A stretch of 64,000 bases of DNA, from contig CM059433.1 of NCBI GenBank assembly GCA_030390025.1, positions 29,762,001 to 29,826,000 on the forward strand, given 5' to 3'. The notes under the pieces were generated by a model, which had not been told where the DNA came from, made no database searches, and was given only the letters and a program-made list of their open reading frames with translations. This stretch comes from Squalus acanthias. Taxonomy: Eukaryota. The position numbers and the translations under genes are program-made. The number at the start of each line of letters is the position of its first letter. Positions within the stretch are counted from its first letter, which is position 1. Below are positions 36,628 through 50,444 of the stretch, in pieces.

Positions 36628-39600
36628 AAGAACAGAAGAAATAGGAGCAGGAGTAGGCCATTTGGCCCTTCGAGCCTGCTCCGCCATTCAATAAGATCAT
36701 GGCTGATCTTCTACCTCATCTCCACTTTCCTGAACTATCCCCATATCCCTTGATTCCCTTAATATTCAAAAATCTATCGCTCTCTATCTTGAATATACTC
36801 AACGACTGAGCCTCCACAGCCCTTTGGGGTAATGAATTCCAAAGATTCACCACTCTCTGAGTGAAGAAACTTCTCATCTTAGTCCTAAATGGCCGACCCT
36901 TTATTCTGAGACTGTGACCCCTGGTTCTAGACTCCCCAGCCAGGGGAAACATCCTCCCTACGTCTACCCTGTCAAGCCCTGTAAGAATTGTGTATGTTTC
37001 AATGAGATCACCTCTCATTCTTCTAAATTCTAGAGAATATAGGCCTAGTCTACTCAATCTCTCCTCATAGGACAATCCCCCCATCCCAGGAACCAGTCCT
37101 TCTATGGCAAGTATATCCTTCCTTAGGTAAGGAGACCAAAACTGTACACAATAATCCAGGTGTGGTCTCACCAGGGCCCTATATAATTGCAGTAAGATGA
37201 CTTTACTCTTATACTCAAATCCTCTTGTAATAAAGGCCAACATACCATTTGTTTTCCTAATTGCTTGCTGTACCTGCATGTTATCTTCCAGTGATTTGTG
37301 TACAAGGACACCCAGGTCCCTCTGAACACCAACATTTCCCAATTTCTCACCATTTAAAAAATACTTGCTTTTCTATTTTTCCTACCAAAGTGGATAACCT
37401 CACATTTCTCCACATTTTATTCCATTTGCCATGTTCTTGCCCACTCACTTAGCCTGTCTATATCCCCTTGAAGCCTCCTTGCATCCTCCTCACAACTTAC
37501 ATTCCCACCCAGCTTTGTATCATCAGCAAACTTGGGTATATTACATTTGGTTCCCGTATCCAAATCATTGATGTAGATTGTGAATAGCTGAGGCCCAAGC
37601 ACTGATCCTTGTGGTACCCCACTAGTTACAGCCTGCCAACCCAAAAATGACCCGTTTATTCCTACTCTCTCTTTTCTGTCTGTTAACCAATCCTCAATCC
37701 ATGCTAGTATATTACCCCCAATCCCATGAGCCCTAATTTTGTTTAATAACTTCTTGTGTGGCACCTTATTGAAAGTCTTCTGAAAATCCAAATACACCAC
37801 ATCCACTTGTTGCCCCTTATCTATTCTGCTAGTTACAACCTCAAAAAACTCTAATAAATTTGTCAAACACAATTTCCCTTTCATAAATCCGTGTTGACTC
37901 TGCTCAATCCTATTATTATTTTCTAAGTGCTCTGTTACCACGTCCTTAATAATAGATTCTAGCATTTTCCCTACTACTGATGTCAGGCTAACTGGTCTGT
38001 AAATCCCCGTTTTCTCTCTCCCTCCTTTCTTAAATAGTGGGGTTACATTTGCTACCTTCTAATCCACGGGAACCATTCTAGAATCTATGGAATTTTGGAA
38101 AATGACAACCGATGCATCCACTATCTCTATAGCCAACTCTTTCAAAACCCTAGGATGTAAGCCATCAGGTCCAGGGGATTTATTGGCTTTCAGTCCCATT
38201 AATTTCTCCAGTACTACTTTTTTACTAATATTAATTTATTTCAGTTCCTCATTCTCGCTAGACCCTTGGTTCTCCACTATTTCCGGGAAGTTTTTTGCAT
38301 CTTCTTCCATGAAGACAGGCACAAAGGGCTTGATTTTACCAGCCCTGAGAAGGCGGGTTTGGAGGCCAGTCAGCTGGTAAAATCGGAAAAAATGGCTTCA
38401 GACACCCAACCCGCCTCCATGCAATTTTCCTGAGTGTCTGTTCAGCTGCTCCCAAACTGACCTGACTCCAACCGGTGGGACAGGTAGTTAAGGCAGTTAA
38501 GGCCTGTTAACTGCCTTGATAATCCTATTTTGACAGCGGTTTCCCATTTTCCTGCCTCTGGCTCCTGTTTCCCGTCTTGTCAGAAATAGTCCTGCTGCAA
38601 GGAGACGAGTTGGTGGAGGACATGATCTGTCGTCATTATTGGTGCAGAACTTTAAAAGCACTCAAATGTAACAACTATTTTGTTGGAGGTTTGGGATGAG
38701 ATTTTGCAAATCTGCTGACCTTGTGACTGGTCAAGCTGACACACATCTGCTGTTTGAACTGATTGGAATAATTTCAGGCCACTTTAAGTGTGCGCTTGCA
38801 AGCTTCTTGCCTCAACTGAAATCTATAACAACAGGATGGGAACCATTTACATCCTCTCATCCTGGTCGCCAGATTCGGAGGAAGAGCAGCGCGGCTTAGT
38901 GCTGCCGGATGAACAAGTGGCTCAGCACACAGCCTCCTTGGAAGAAGATGAAGAGGACGAGGAGGAGGACGGGGAGTGACGCCTTCCGGGGCCAGATGTG
39001 GCCAATCCAGCAGCAGGCGACCACATTGCTGGCCGTCAGGCAAGGGATGCACTCATCCATGCCAGATTCACGTAAGCTTACACTTCAACCACAGGTGGCT
39101 GGCACATGGAGATGAATATAAGTCCGACATTCTCAAAACCCCAGGCATCATCTGTCTAATAAACGGTGGTTTGCGCTCAGTGTCACCACCAACATTCTAC
39201 ATGTAAATCGCCCTGAGCCCTCACTCTTGAACTTCCATTTCCTAGAACAGAGAGGCCACACTTTAGGTGATCTCAGCAGATCATTAAACCTTTTTCCACA
39301 ATGAACCCATGTGCATCTGCAGGCAGACCTCGAGCTCACCTCCTCAGCAATTTGCAGCCAAGCTGCCTTGGTTTGCTGAGGAGGCCTCCTCCTTCTGTTT
39401 CCAGGGAAGAGGAGCTCCTGACGTCCTCTAACATCCCTCAACAAGAGCATGGAGAGAGCCCTCATTGAACCTGGGTGCAGCCTTAGTTATTGGGGCTGCC
39501 GTTCCTGCAGCTCCCAGCACCTTTAAGCGAAAAAAGCATTAATATCACTAAGCAAATGATTGGAACAAATCTGGCATCTTTTTCATTTCATAGTCAGATT

Positions 39601-40066
39601 ATAAATTGATATATACAAAAAAATCATTAAAATCTTTCTGGAAAATATGACCAGTAATTCGTTAAATTTTGTTCAGAACAGACACTGTCAACTCCCCTTT
39701 CTATATATTGCAGCACCAAACCATCACATTGACATTTTTCCCAAGGGGACATGGCCCCTTTAAAAAAAAATTCAAACAACGTGTCATCAGACGCGAGAAA
39801 CTGACAGCAATTGCTTGGAGGGACCCGCACGTCGGCCGTAATGAGGCCAATTAAGGCAAAATAGCAAATTCTGGGAGGCGGGAGCCGGGAGAGGGTCGGA
39901 AAGCCTCCGAGCAGCGGACCCACACTCAAGCCGCCTCCATTAGTAAAATCGCGGCCAAAGTATTTGTTTAATTTCTCTGCCATTTCCTTATTCTCCATTA
40001 TAGTTTCTCCTGTCTCTGCCTGTAACGGACCCACATTTACTTTCGCTAATCCTTTCCTTTTTACAT
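36628..40066 (-). mobile_element. CR1 ORF2 fragment interrupted by a Harbinger derivative
   Basis: QHGFMKGK..YLDFQK..GVPQGSVLGP..FADD; continues at 39960-40066 (EMAEKLNKYF). Confidence 0.92.
38326..39956. mobile_element. Harbinger derivative (transposase remnant on +, Myb exon on -)
   Basis: TIRs GGGCTTGATTTTAC/GTAAAATCGCGGCC and TSD AAA; AWLQIAEEV..TWVHCGKRFNDL; RQARDALIHARFT*. Confidence 0.85.
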
Positions 40067-40119
40067 TATGCATTAGGACTGTTATAGTTTTGGGTTTCTT
40101 TTACCCTTTTTTGCTCTAG

Positions 40120-40156
40120 ATGTTTTTAGATTTCATGCTTCAGATCAATGTCACAG
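40120..40156 (+). CDS. Candidate 37-nt exon
   Basis: Long polypyrimidine tract with ctag| and a perfect CAG|gtgagt donor; two open frames. Confidence 0.4.
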
Positions 40157-40569
40157 GTGAGTCGTAGTTCCGTATGTCCTTGACATTGGCTTCAATGGGC
40201 CGTAAAATCGGGTGGGGTGCAAAGCGGGCAACTGAGTGGTTCCTACTGGGTGGGTTAGGTTACAAGTACCCCCATATATGATGATCTAATAAACTATATG
40301 GTGCTGATTAGATAGATTTCTTTCAGAGAATAACTGTAGATCAGTAATTTGAGACCTGACGTGTGGTAAGTGTAGCGTGCTTGGGAGGAAAAACGTGACT
40401 CTTGACCTATGGTTTCCGAAGTTCTCCAACACTGGGGTTTTCTTTGCCTCATATCTGGGCCTGTTGTAGACTAATTGATAGAGATTGATTGGTATGATTA
40501 GTCAACAACTCCATTATCATTGTATCTTGATATTACCAGAATGGTAGAAGGCGAACTAGATGAGCCTTG

Positions 40570-41310
40570 GGGGTAAAAGTGCTACCTTCACCATGGTGCT
40601 AATATTAGCGCCCCGAAAAAGTTAGCGCCCCCGCAGCCGATTTTCCCAGGTAGTGCCCCGAGAGGGAGGAGGGGCGCTACTGGAAGCATCCCCGCGTCCC
40701 TCTTGGGGCGCTGCGAGCCAATATTGCTGCGCTACGTGCCAGCAGCACCATGCGCTGTGGCACGTCACGCCGCGGTACTGCAGGCCTTCCTCCCCTTATT
40801 AAAAGGGGAGGGGCCTGGCACAGCGCGTCCCAGCGCCCAGCTGGGCCACCAGGGATCGAGAGTGCTGGCAAACGAGCCCGGCACTCAAGAGGAGTGCCAG
40901 GCTCACGGAGAGCAACCGGCACCCCACGGGGGGGGCTTCACGGGGGCCAGAGACAGCAACTGGGGCAGGTGCTGGCAGGTGGCCAGCAACAAAAATGGCC
41001 GTCCGCCACCTCCCCTTTAACTAGCGCCGCCCCGGCCACAGATAGGCCCCCCTGACCCCGGCGGACATAGTGTCCAGCAGTAAGTCGGGGGGCGCCACCC
41101 AATATTACAGCCGGGGCGCTGCGCACGGTGATGACGTCATCGCCAGCGGCGCAGCGCCACGCGGTGCTAATGGTTAGCGCCACCGCTAACCTCCCACTGA
41201 ATGTCGCGGGAGGCATTAGCGGTGCTGCGCCCAGGCACTAGTTGATTTGCGCCCCGTTAGCGTCCTCTTAGGCGCTAACGGGAGGCGCAAATCAACCGAA
41301 TTTAGCCCCC
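40570..41310 (+). mobile_element. MITE family A
   Basis: Homologous to 26178-26951; TSD TTG. Confidence 0.85.
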
Positions 41311-41842
41311 TTGGTCTTTTATTGTCTAACAATTCTATGATTGATTTAATAAGTTAAACTAATCCTTTTCAAAATCTGTGACTGCATTTCAAAAGTACTT
41401 CATTGGCTGTAAAGCGCTTTGGGACATTCTGAGGTCGAGCAAGGAGCAATAAAATTACAAGTTCATTTCTTTCGCTTTCGAATGCTGAAAGAGAACCCTG
41501 CTCTATATTTCCAGCATTGATACAGTAAGGTGACCAGAGCAAATCAAATGGCTATTTCAGAAAAGCGTTTGGACATAAATTGACTAACTGATACGTAGAG
41601 GGTCAGAAAGGTGCACAAAGAACTGATAACGAGCATTACACAAAACTTTACTGGCCCCCTCTGGTCCATAATTGGCATGAGTCTGACATTATGAATCCTG
41701 TTTGGAATTTTCACACAAGTCATACGACATTAGCTTACTAAATTCAAGTTGGCAAAATCACTGTACGTCAGACCAATCTATAAACTAATGTGACATCTGT
41801 AAATCCTCCTTCACTAATAGGATTGTGCTAGTTCCATCAATA

Positions 41843-42510
41843 CAACAACAACTTGCATTTATATAGCACCTCTAACATGGTTAAACGTCCCAAGGCACTA
41901 GGCAGGAGCGATTATCAAACAAAATTTGACACGAGCCACAGAAGGAGATATTAGGACAGGTGGCCAAAAGCTTGGTCAGAGAAGTAGGTTTTAAGGAGGA
42001 GAGAGAGGTAGAGAGGTGGATAGGTTTAGGGAGGCAATTCCAGAGGTTAGGGCCTAGGCAGCTGAAGGCACGGCCGCCGCCAATGGTGAAGCGATGAAAA
42101 CTGTGGATGTGCAAAAGGCCGGAATTGGAGGAGCGCAGAGATCTTGGAGGGTTGTAGGGCTGGAGGAGGTTAGAGAGATAGAGAGGGATGAGGTCAAGGA
42201 AGGATTTGAAGACAGGGATGAGAATTTAAAAATTGAGGCGTCGCCAGACCGGGAGCCAGTGTAGGTCAGTGAGCACAGGGATGATGAGTGAACGGGACTT
42301 GGTGCGAGTTAGGATACAGGCAGCAGAGTTTTGGATGAGGGTAGAAGGTGGGAGGCCAGGAGATCATTGGAATAGTCGAGTCTGAGGTAACGAAGGCATG
42401 GCTGAGGGTTTCAGTAGCAGATGAGCTGAGGAAGGGACGGGGACCAGCGATGTTATGGAGATGGAAGTAAGCGGTATTGATGAGAGAGAGGAAATGGTGT
42501 CAGAAGCTCT
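41843..42510 (-). mobile_element. L2 LINE 3' portion
   Basis: Homologous to 18205-18955. Confidence 0.85.
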
Positions 42511-43371
42511 GATCAGGACTGTAAAATCAGTACCGCTAACCAAATGTAGCAGCCACTGTTGAAACTGCTTCAGAGTGTTACGAACCAGGCCAAGGAATTC
42601 ATACATTTTGAAAAGAGTATCAGGCAGCAACTTGGCTCACTCACTGCCTAAACAGGATGTGCCAATGCGGCAAAAACAAATGCCACAAACAGTGCTGCAT
42701 GATACAATCTGTGTCAAAATATGTCACGTTACAAAATGCAGCAGGATACTTGGGGTGGGGGGGAGGAAGTAGCTCCTAGCTATGATTATTCTACATTCGC
42801 CTTGCCATTTCTGTTGTTGATTAACTTCAGACCTTTGAGCTGTAGTCGTCTGCATATAATGATAATGTCAATGGTGACAAGCTTCCAATGGTCTCTTTGC
42901 TGGTGCATAATGATCAGTCGGCAGGTTTTAAAGGCCATATACAAAAGGTTGTTATCTATCTCGCACATTCAAACTTCAAGACTAATGATCACACCATGTA
43001 GTGCGTCCTGCAAAAAAAAAGTAATTATGTTTAAAACTGTCAGTTGCCTGTACGGAGCATTCAAAAAGGGCTAGAGTTGATTTTAATGTTTCATTTTAAT
43101 TGACGGAAAATCATGGGCCTGTAAACCAGGCTCTCCCTTTATCTGGCATGCTCTGGGAGCTTGTTCCTGTCTTTGGTACGTTTCACAAATCTGGAAGATA
43201 TGAGTGAGAAACAGTGTAGTGTCAATAGGATTCATCTGTGTTTAGCACTGCTCCGAGAATTAGTACTCCTGCTTTAATGAATGTCAGCCAAAGGTTTAAG
43301 AAATGGCTGATTTCTGCTTGTTAAAAGACTCGTTAACAACATTTGTAATTAACTCACTCAGTTTTCTGCAG

Positions 43372-43408
43372 CCTTTCAATCAAGTCAAAAAGTGAATTTT
43401 TTATTGAA
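43372..43408 (+). CDS. Candidate 37-nt exon
   Basis: ttttctgcag|...|gtgagg; stays open when joined to 40120-40156. Confidence 0.25.
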
Positions 43409-44507
43409 GTGAGGATTGGCACCACTGTGTCAGACAATGAGTTGGAGATGGGGCGGGACTTGCGGCGGGACTTGCAGCAGGACTCACAGCAAACCATCTA
43501 TTTTACAGCAAAGTCTATTCAAACAGCGTACTACAGCAAACAGTCTACAAAGTCTATTTAAACAGTTTCTCTGTGAACTACAGCAAACAGAACTCATGAC
43601 TGAAACTACAGTAACATATCCCGATAAAAGCAAGATTATTTCTCCAGTGAAATGCAGAGTGGAGGAAAGTTACATAATACAAATTGTGTGTGTAAAATCA
43701 ATCCCAGTTACTTACAGCAGTGATTGACGGGGGAATTACCCAATCATCTCCATTCTGGCCGGGAATAGTGATGCCACTAAATGCAGCCAAGTTCTATTCC
43801 CGGTTACAACTGGCAATGGTAAACCATTGAACCAAAAGAGTTTAAGACATGGAAGGTGGCCATTCGGCCCATCATGTCCCTGACTGGGAATTGAATCCCA
43901 CCTGCAGCACAGATAGTGCCATATCCTAAATACCAGATGACCAAGGAGTTAGAGTAAGTGAAATGTCACCACAACTACGAAGAAAGCGAACAGTACAGAG
44001 GATGTTTTCCGACCAAGAACTAGGATGGAGCACCTATTGACAGGCATGTTGTAGTGGAGCAGGAGGAGGAGCAGTGGCCTAGCAGTACATGATTGCTCAG
44101 TCAGCAAGTCTGTTGTAACAGAGTCAGCTATCCGGGCATGGCAGGAATATGAGGTGGTTCTGTCTCACCAGGGAGCCTGTCCCGCATGAGGTGTACCACT
44201 ATGAAGATCTGAACGGACAGTCAAACTCCTGTCATGCACCAGGAGTGGCACTGAGATTCACCACTGCCTCAACTTTTATAACACAAGGACTATTGGGCTC
44301 CTGCAGGGGGCAATGCAAGATTGGCTTTTGTATACTTAGTCCTGCACTATCGGAGGTGCCGTCATTTAGATGAGACGTTAAACCAAGACCCCATCTAACC
44401 TCTCAGGTGGATGTAAAGTTCCGATGGCATTATTTGAGGAAGAGCAGAGGAGTTCTCCTACAAAAGCAAAATACAGATGTACAGAACTGTTAAGTTACCA
44501 GCAGAAA

Positions 44508-45045
44508 CCACAGGTAGAGTACTGTGCACAGTTCTGGCCTCCATATTATAAAACGGATATAGAGGCACTGACAAAAAAGATTTACAAGGATGATACCAGA
44601 ACTGAGGTTATACCCATCAGGAAAGACTGAACAGGCTGGGACTCTTTACAAAAGAGAAGGCTGAGAGGTGACCTGATAGAGGTCTTTAAAATTATGAAGG
44701 AGTTTGATAAGGTAAACATAGAGATGTTTCCACTTCTGAGGGAGTCAAAACTCAGGGCCATGAATATAAGACAGTCACTAATAAATCCAATAGGGAATTC
44801 AGGAGAAACCTTTTTTACACAAAGAGCGGTGAGAATGTGGAACTCACTACCACATGGAGTAGTTAAGGGGAATAGCATAGATGCATTTAAGTACATGAGG
44901 GAGAAAGGGATAGAATGTTGTGCTGATAGGGTTAGATGAAGTAGGGTGGGGGGGAGGCTCGTGTAGAACATAAACACCGGCATGGACAAGTTGGGCCAAT
45001 GGCCTGTTTCTGTGCTGTAAAATTCTATGTAAGTCTATGAAACTC
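44508..45045 (+). mobile_element. CR1 3' end
   Basis: EYCAQFWPPYY..FFTQRAVRMWNSLP; ATTCTATG tail. Confidence 0.88.
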
Positions 45046-45173
45046 TAACTGCGGCCTAATGATTTGTATAGGTTTTAGCTTTGCCTTTTTACTTCTGGGC
45101 TCTAGCCTATTTATATCCCATGTGCCTTTTTTTAAGTACAGCTTTATAAACATATCACTTCTACTTTTAACAG

Positions 45174-45218
45174 TCTGGTTTAATAATCCAAGGACAAAGA
45201 GGCCTGCCCATCTGCAGA
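45174..45218 (+). CDS. Candidate 45-nt exon
   Basis: cttttaacag|...|gtgagt. Confidence 0.25.
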
Positions 45219-46029
45219 GTGAGTTGGATGTGTTGCCACCGGATGGTCCAAGATCCTTCGAGTCAGATAGCCCGAGGCCACTGTCTGCTCCCTGGGATCA
45301 TTTCAAAATCAATACTATTTTAGTGAAATATCCACCAACTGTTCCACTTCACCTCATCAGTTCCTACTTTTCCGTAGCCTCTCCTTTCCATTCACGGCCA
45401 GAGCACAATGCTCAATTCAACTTGCAACACGTAAAAATAGATTTAATCTCTATGTTCAGAATTATTTCACACAATCATGTGAGTCAGAGAAAAGAAAAAA
45501 AAATACAACAAATAAATGATGTTATTTGAACTTCAGGCACCCCAGGCAATAGAATAGAGAAATCAATTTGCTCGTCCCTAAAATGCCTTCTTTACGGTCT
45601 TGTTACTGCGCACATTTAAAAGCAAGAAAATGCACACTAAGGATTTTGTTTGACTAATTATTTTGATTAATCCTGAAGTTACCCAACCACATCAATCTAG
45701 TTATAATCCTGAAATTGAGGCTATCTATCCCTCTTTACCTGAATACCAACACCACTATAGACACCATTTCATGCAGAGCTGTGTTATAAAAAGGTGCATA
45801 TGTGCATGCTAATACACTTCATTGAGCATGCCTGGCACTTTACTGGATTTTTTGTACTATAAACTGTGTTGAAACTTTATAATAAATTAGAAAGAGAACT
45901 AAACGTGGATAATTGCAAATCACACAGTGCTAACTATCCCTGGTTATACAGTGCAACAGGTGTCCCTGAGATCATGTTACATTCTGCTGTATTTTCAGGT
46001 TTCTAGCCACAAGAGTATGAGGTTTAGAG

Positions 46030-46456
46030 AAAAGAAAGCAAGCACCTTTCATGACCTCAGGATCTCCCAAAGCGCTTTACAGCCAATGATGTACTTTTTG
46101 AAGTGTAGTCACTGTTGTAATGTAGGAATCGCGGCAGTCAATTTGCGCACAGCAAACTCCCACAAAATAATGACCAGATCATCTGTTTTTAGTGATGTTG
46201 GTTGAGGGATAAATATTGGCCCAGGACACCAGGGATAACTCCCTTGCTCTTCTTCGAAATAGCACCGTGGGATCTTTTACAACCACCTGTGCGGGCAGAC
46301 GTTTAACGTCACATCCGAAAGACAGGACCTCCGACAGTGCAGCACTCCCTCAGCACTGCACTGGCGTGTCAGCCTAGATTTTGTGCTGAACTCTCTGGAG
46401 TGGGACTCAAACCTATGACCGTCTGAGTCAAAGGTGAGAGTGCGGTCACTGAGCCA
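46030..46456 (-). mobile_element. DeuSINE (SacSINE1-like)
   Basis: Head-to-tail match. Confidence 0.8.
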
Positions 46457-46789
46457 GTGTGGGCATCTTAACAAGGTCCCTGAAGTGTGGGCCTCATCCA
46501 AATTTAGACCAGCCAACTTCCCTAAATCCGTCCTTTGAGAGAACTCAGTAAGAAGATAGGGCTTTATGGCAACTCATGGTCCCTCTGGTGCTGATCTCAA
46601 GCACTGAAGGAAGAAAATTCATGCACATACTAGGTCTATGTCAGATTGTAGAATCTGCCTGTACATAATTCAGAGCTGTCTAAACTTTATTTGGTTTTAC
46701 AATGCTTTTAAGCACACTGAAGGGAGTGATTGAAGTGTAACTATAGAGTTTGGCTATTTTATTGCTCTTTTTACGTGCCTTTTTTTAAA

Positions 46790-47570
46790 AAATATTCATT
46801 CTCAGCGTTGCTAGCAAGACCAGCATTTATTGCCCATCCCCAACTGCCCTTGAGAAGGTGACGATGAGCCGCCTTCTTGAACTGCTGCAGTCCGTGTGGT
46901 GAAGGTACTCCCACAATGCTGTTAGGGAGGGAGTTCTAGGATTTTGACCCAGCGACGATGAAGGAACGGCGATTTATACCCAAGTCAGGCTGGTGTATGG
47001 GAAGGGAACTTGGAAGTGGTTGTGTTCCCATGCACTTGCTGAAATTATCCTCTGCGTCTACCCTATCAAACCCTTTCATAATCTTAAAGGCCTCTATCAG
47101 GTCACCCCTCAGCATTCTCTTTTCTGGAGAAAAGGGCCCCAGCCTGTTCAATCTTTGCACAAGATGCCTAAGAGTCCAGAATTGGAGGAGCGCAGAGATC
47201 TCAGAGGTGGTGGGGCTGGAGGAGTTTACAGAGATAGTGAAGGGCGAGGCTACTGAGGGATTTGAACACGAGGATGAAAATTTTAAATTGGAGGCGTTAG
47301 GGGACAGGGAGCCAATAGACTGCAAACAAAGGATCATAGGAACAGGAGTAGGCCATTCAGCCCCTCTAGCCTGTTCCGCCATTCAATGAGATCATGGCTG
47401 ACCCTTGTGTGAAGAAGTGCTTTCTGACATCACGCCTGAATGGCCTGGCTCTAATTTTCAAGTTATGCCCCGTGTTCTGAACTCCCTCCACCAGAGGAAA
47501 TAGTTTCTCTCTATCTACCCTATTAACTCCTTTAATCACCTTAAACACCTCAATTAGATCACCCCCTTTG
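46790..47570 (-). mobile_element. Mosaic of CR1 and L2 3' fragments
   Basis: RGDLIEAFKIMKGFD and REKLFPLV pieces; L2 segment ~47160-47320. Confidence 0.7.
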
Positions 47571-48935
47571 AAGTGTAGCCGTTGTAATGTCTGGAAAATC
47601 TCTGATCACTACTTCCTGATTTACCTCAACATCACTCCTGGTCTTTTCAACACTGATGTATTCAACAATGAGGCCTCAGATTGTTAAGGGTTTACACATT
47701 CAATCAAACCGAGATTAATTCTCTAATCCTTAAATTCCTGTTTAGTAATGTGTCATCCCTATTGTTTAAGGACAAGCTTGTGACCTGGGTACATTATCAT
47801 TACACAATTCGAAGTGAAATTCAAACACTGTGCGTGTCCATTAATAAGAAATGAGCTACCAGCTACATTTAAGCATGGAGTTCAAAGCCATTTCAATACC
47901 CTTCGACTGTTCATCCAGAAACACGTCTCTCGTTGATTTTATATTTTCTCCATTGTGTGCAATGCAAATAGCTGAATGCCTGTGGCAAAATGACACTTGC
48001 TAAAACATTCTGATATACAGAGTGTTCAAAGCCTGACTCCACAGATGGATTTACTGACCGTGACCATTTGCGACCCAAATCATTTTGTTGAACACTTATA
48101 ATGAATGCTGAATTTCATCTTCCTCTGACAAGAACCAGAGGGACAAGATGGAGCGTTAATGGCCAGAATAACCAGCATTAAATGGGCCTGCAGAAACATG
48201 GCTATTAACCTTTGGTAGTCACCTTTGTAATTATAGCTTGAAAATAGCCTACTGTGGTGAAAAGACACTGGATGAAAGATAGAAAGAAGTAGGCGGAGAC
48301 AGCATTCTCTTCTGCTGAATTCTTCTCCTTGTTTTTCAAATCCCTTCACGGCCTCTCCCCTCCATGGCCAGAATTTTCTGGGGTCCGTGCGGGCGCGATC
48401 GGAGGCAGGTTGGGCGGGAAATTTGAAAAAAGTGGGAGCTGGTCGGGAACTTGCCATCATCCCGCCCCCACGCACCTTTCCATCGGGCGCATTTGCCGGT
48501 GCAGCAGCGACCCGACCGGCAGAGGCGGGCAACCTAATTGAAATCATTGTAAGCTTGTTGTCAGACACTTAAGAGCCTTTTTCCCCCCATACATTTCAAA
48601 TTTCCCTGCATGGCCACGGGATTCACGCAGCTCGGGAACCACATCTGTCAACTTGAGGTGGGAGTTGAGTGCCCATTGCTCCAGCTGATTACCTGACAGC
48701 ATCAAATGTACTATAAAAGCTCCGACCTCACAGCTGATCACTTTCCTCAGGCAGAAGCTGTTGCTGACTACATTGCCAGAACATATTTAACTTTCGGCAG
48801 GCTGCAAGTGTTTCCAGCAAAGTCTCCATCCAGTGTCACCTCATTGGAAGAACCTCTCTCACCATTGACAGATTGCTTCTACCAACTCTTCTTGACCTGT
48901 CATCTATTCCATCAGCATGGGTGCCGTTTATACTG

Positions 48936-49982
48936 CTCTGCCCTCACCCCCACCCCTCCCTCCCGGAACCACGATAGAGTTCCCCTTGTCCTCACCTTTC
49001 ACCCCACCAGCCTCCACATTCAACGGATCATCCTCCACCATTTCCGCCACCTCCAGCGTGATCCCACCACCAAACACATCTTCCCCTCACCTCCCCTTTC
49101 AGCATTCCGCAGGGACCGCTCCCTCCGCGACACCCTAGTCCACTCCTCTACCACCCCCAGCACCCCTTCCCCTTCGCCCGGCACCTTCCCGTGCAAGCGC
49201 AGGAGATGCAACACATGCCCTTATACCTCCCCTCTTCCCACTGTCCAGGGCCCCAAACACCCCTTCCAGGTGAAACAGCGATTTACTTGTACTTCCTGCA
49301 ATTTAGTATACTGTATTCGCTGCTCACGATGTGGTCTCCTCTACATTGGGGAGACCAAACGCAGATTGGGTGACCGCTTTGCGGAACACCTCCGTTCAGT
49401 CCGTAAGGGGGACCCCGAGCTCCCGGTGGCCTGTCACTTTAATTCTCCGCTCCACTCCCACTCTGACCTCACCGTCCTCGGCCTATTACACTGTTCCACG
49501 GAAGCGCAGCGTAAGCTCGAGGAACAGCACCTCATCTTTCGTTTAGGCACGCTACAGCCCTCTGGACTCAATATCGAGTTCAACAATTTTAGATCATAAC
49601 CTCGGCCCCTATCACATTTATATTTTATTTTTTCATCCACCCTTTTGTTTGCCCCCCACCCCACACTTTTTTTTCCTCCCAGAAGCTGGCAGCTGTCCTT
49701 CATTCTGCCAGCGCATTTCACACTTCATCTAGCCTCAACCTGTTACATTACCACCTCCTCTTGCCTTGAATATCTCTTAATGTCTCTCAATGTCTCTTAA
49801 TCTCTCCTTTTGTTCTTTCATCCCCTCCCCCTTTTCCTAGCTTTATCCTTGCTTTAAATCTATTTCATTTCCTGCTTTTTTCCAGTTCTGACGAAAGGTC
49901 TTCGACCTGAAACGTTAACTCTGTTTCTCTCTCCACGGATGCTGCCTGGCCTGCTGAGTTTTTCCAGCATTTTCTGTTGTTA
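48936..49982 (+). mobile_element. 5'-truncated Penelope-like element with an open GIY-YIG endonuclease region and pLTR
   Basis: CKRRRCNTC..NLVYCIRCSRCGLLYIGETKRRLGDRFAEH..GLN open to the stop at 49599; TSD TGCCGTTTATACTG/TGCCATTTATACTG. Confidence 0.92.
49884..49920 (+). ncRNA. Minimal type I hammerhead ribozyme motif
   Basis: agtt-CTGACGA-a-AGGTC ttc GACCT-GAA-ACGT-T-aact. Confidence 0.75.
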
Positions 49983-50444
49983 TGCCATTTATACTGTCTC
50001 ACTTTGGTCCTCAGAATCGGACCACGATGAGCCCCAACACCAGCAGCACCAACCTTCTCCGCGATCACCTGATGCTGTATCAGCACCTGAGTACATTGCT
50101 GCCTGGGAGGTCAGGGATGGCCTCATCATGTCCAGATTTACTTAACTTTATGCTGTACACCATATGGCTGCCAAATGCCAAGTGCCAGGTTGGCACCACC
50201 CCACAGCAACACCATAAAGGATCCCTACAATAACCAAGCCATTCCTTTCACACTAACCACCATTGCTGGAGGTTCCGTTATGTCTCACCAATCACTGCAA
50301 CTCACTAAGCCACTTCCAAAGGTGCACACAAATGTGTCCAAGACAGGAAAGTGGTGAAAATAAAGATTTTAATGGTTGACAATACATTAACAGAATCTTG
50401 CCATTAACATTGACTAAAACACCCAAGTGGCTACCCTTGTAAAT

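Noticed and set aside
45170..45205. VWFNNPRTKR resembling homeodomain helix 3
   Set aside because: No helices 1-2 nearby, and a proline sits at a conserved arginine position; likely chance.
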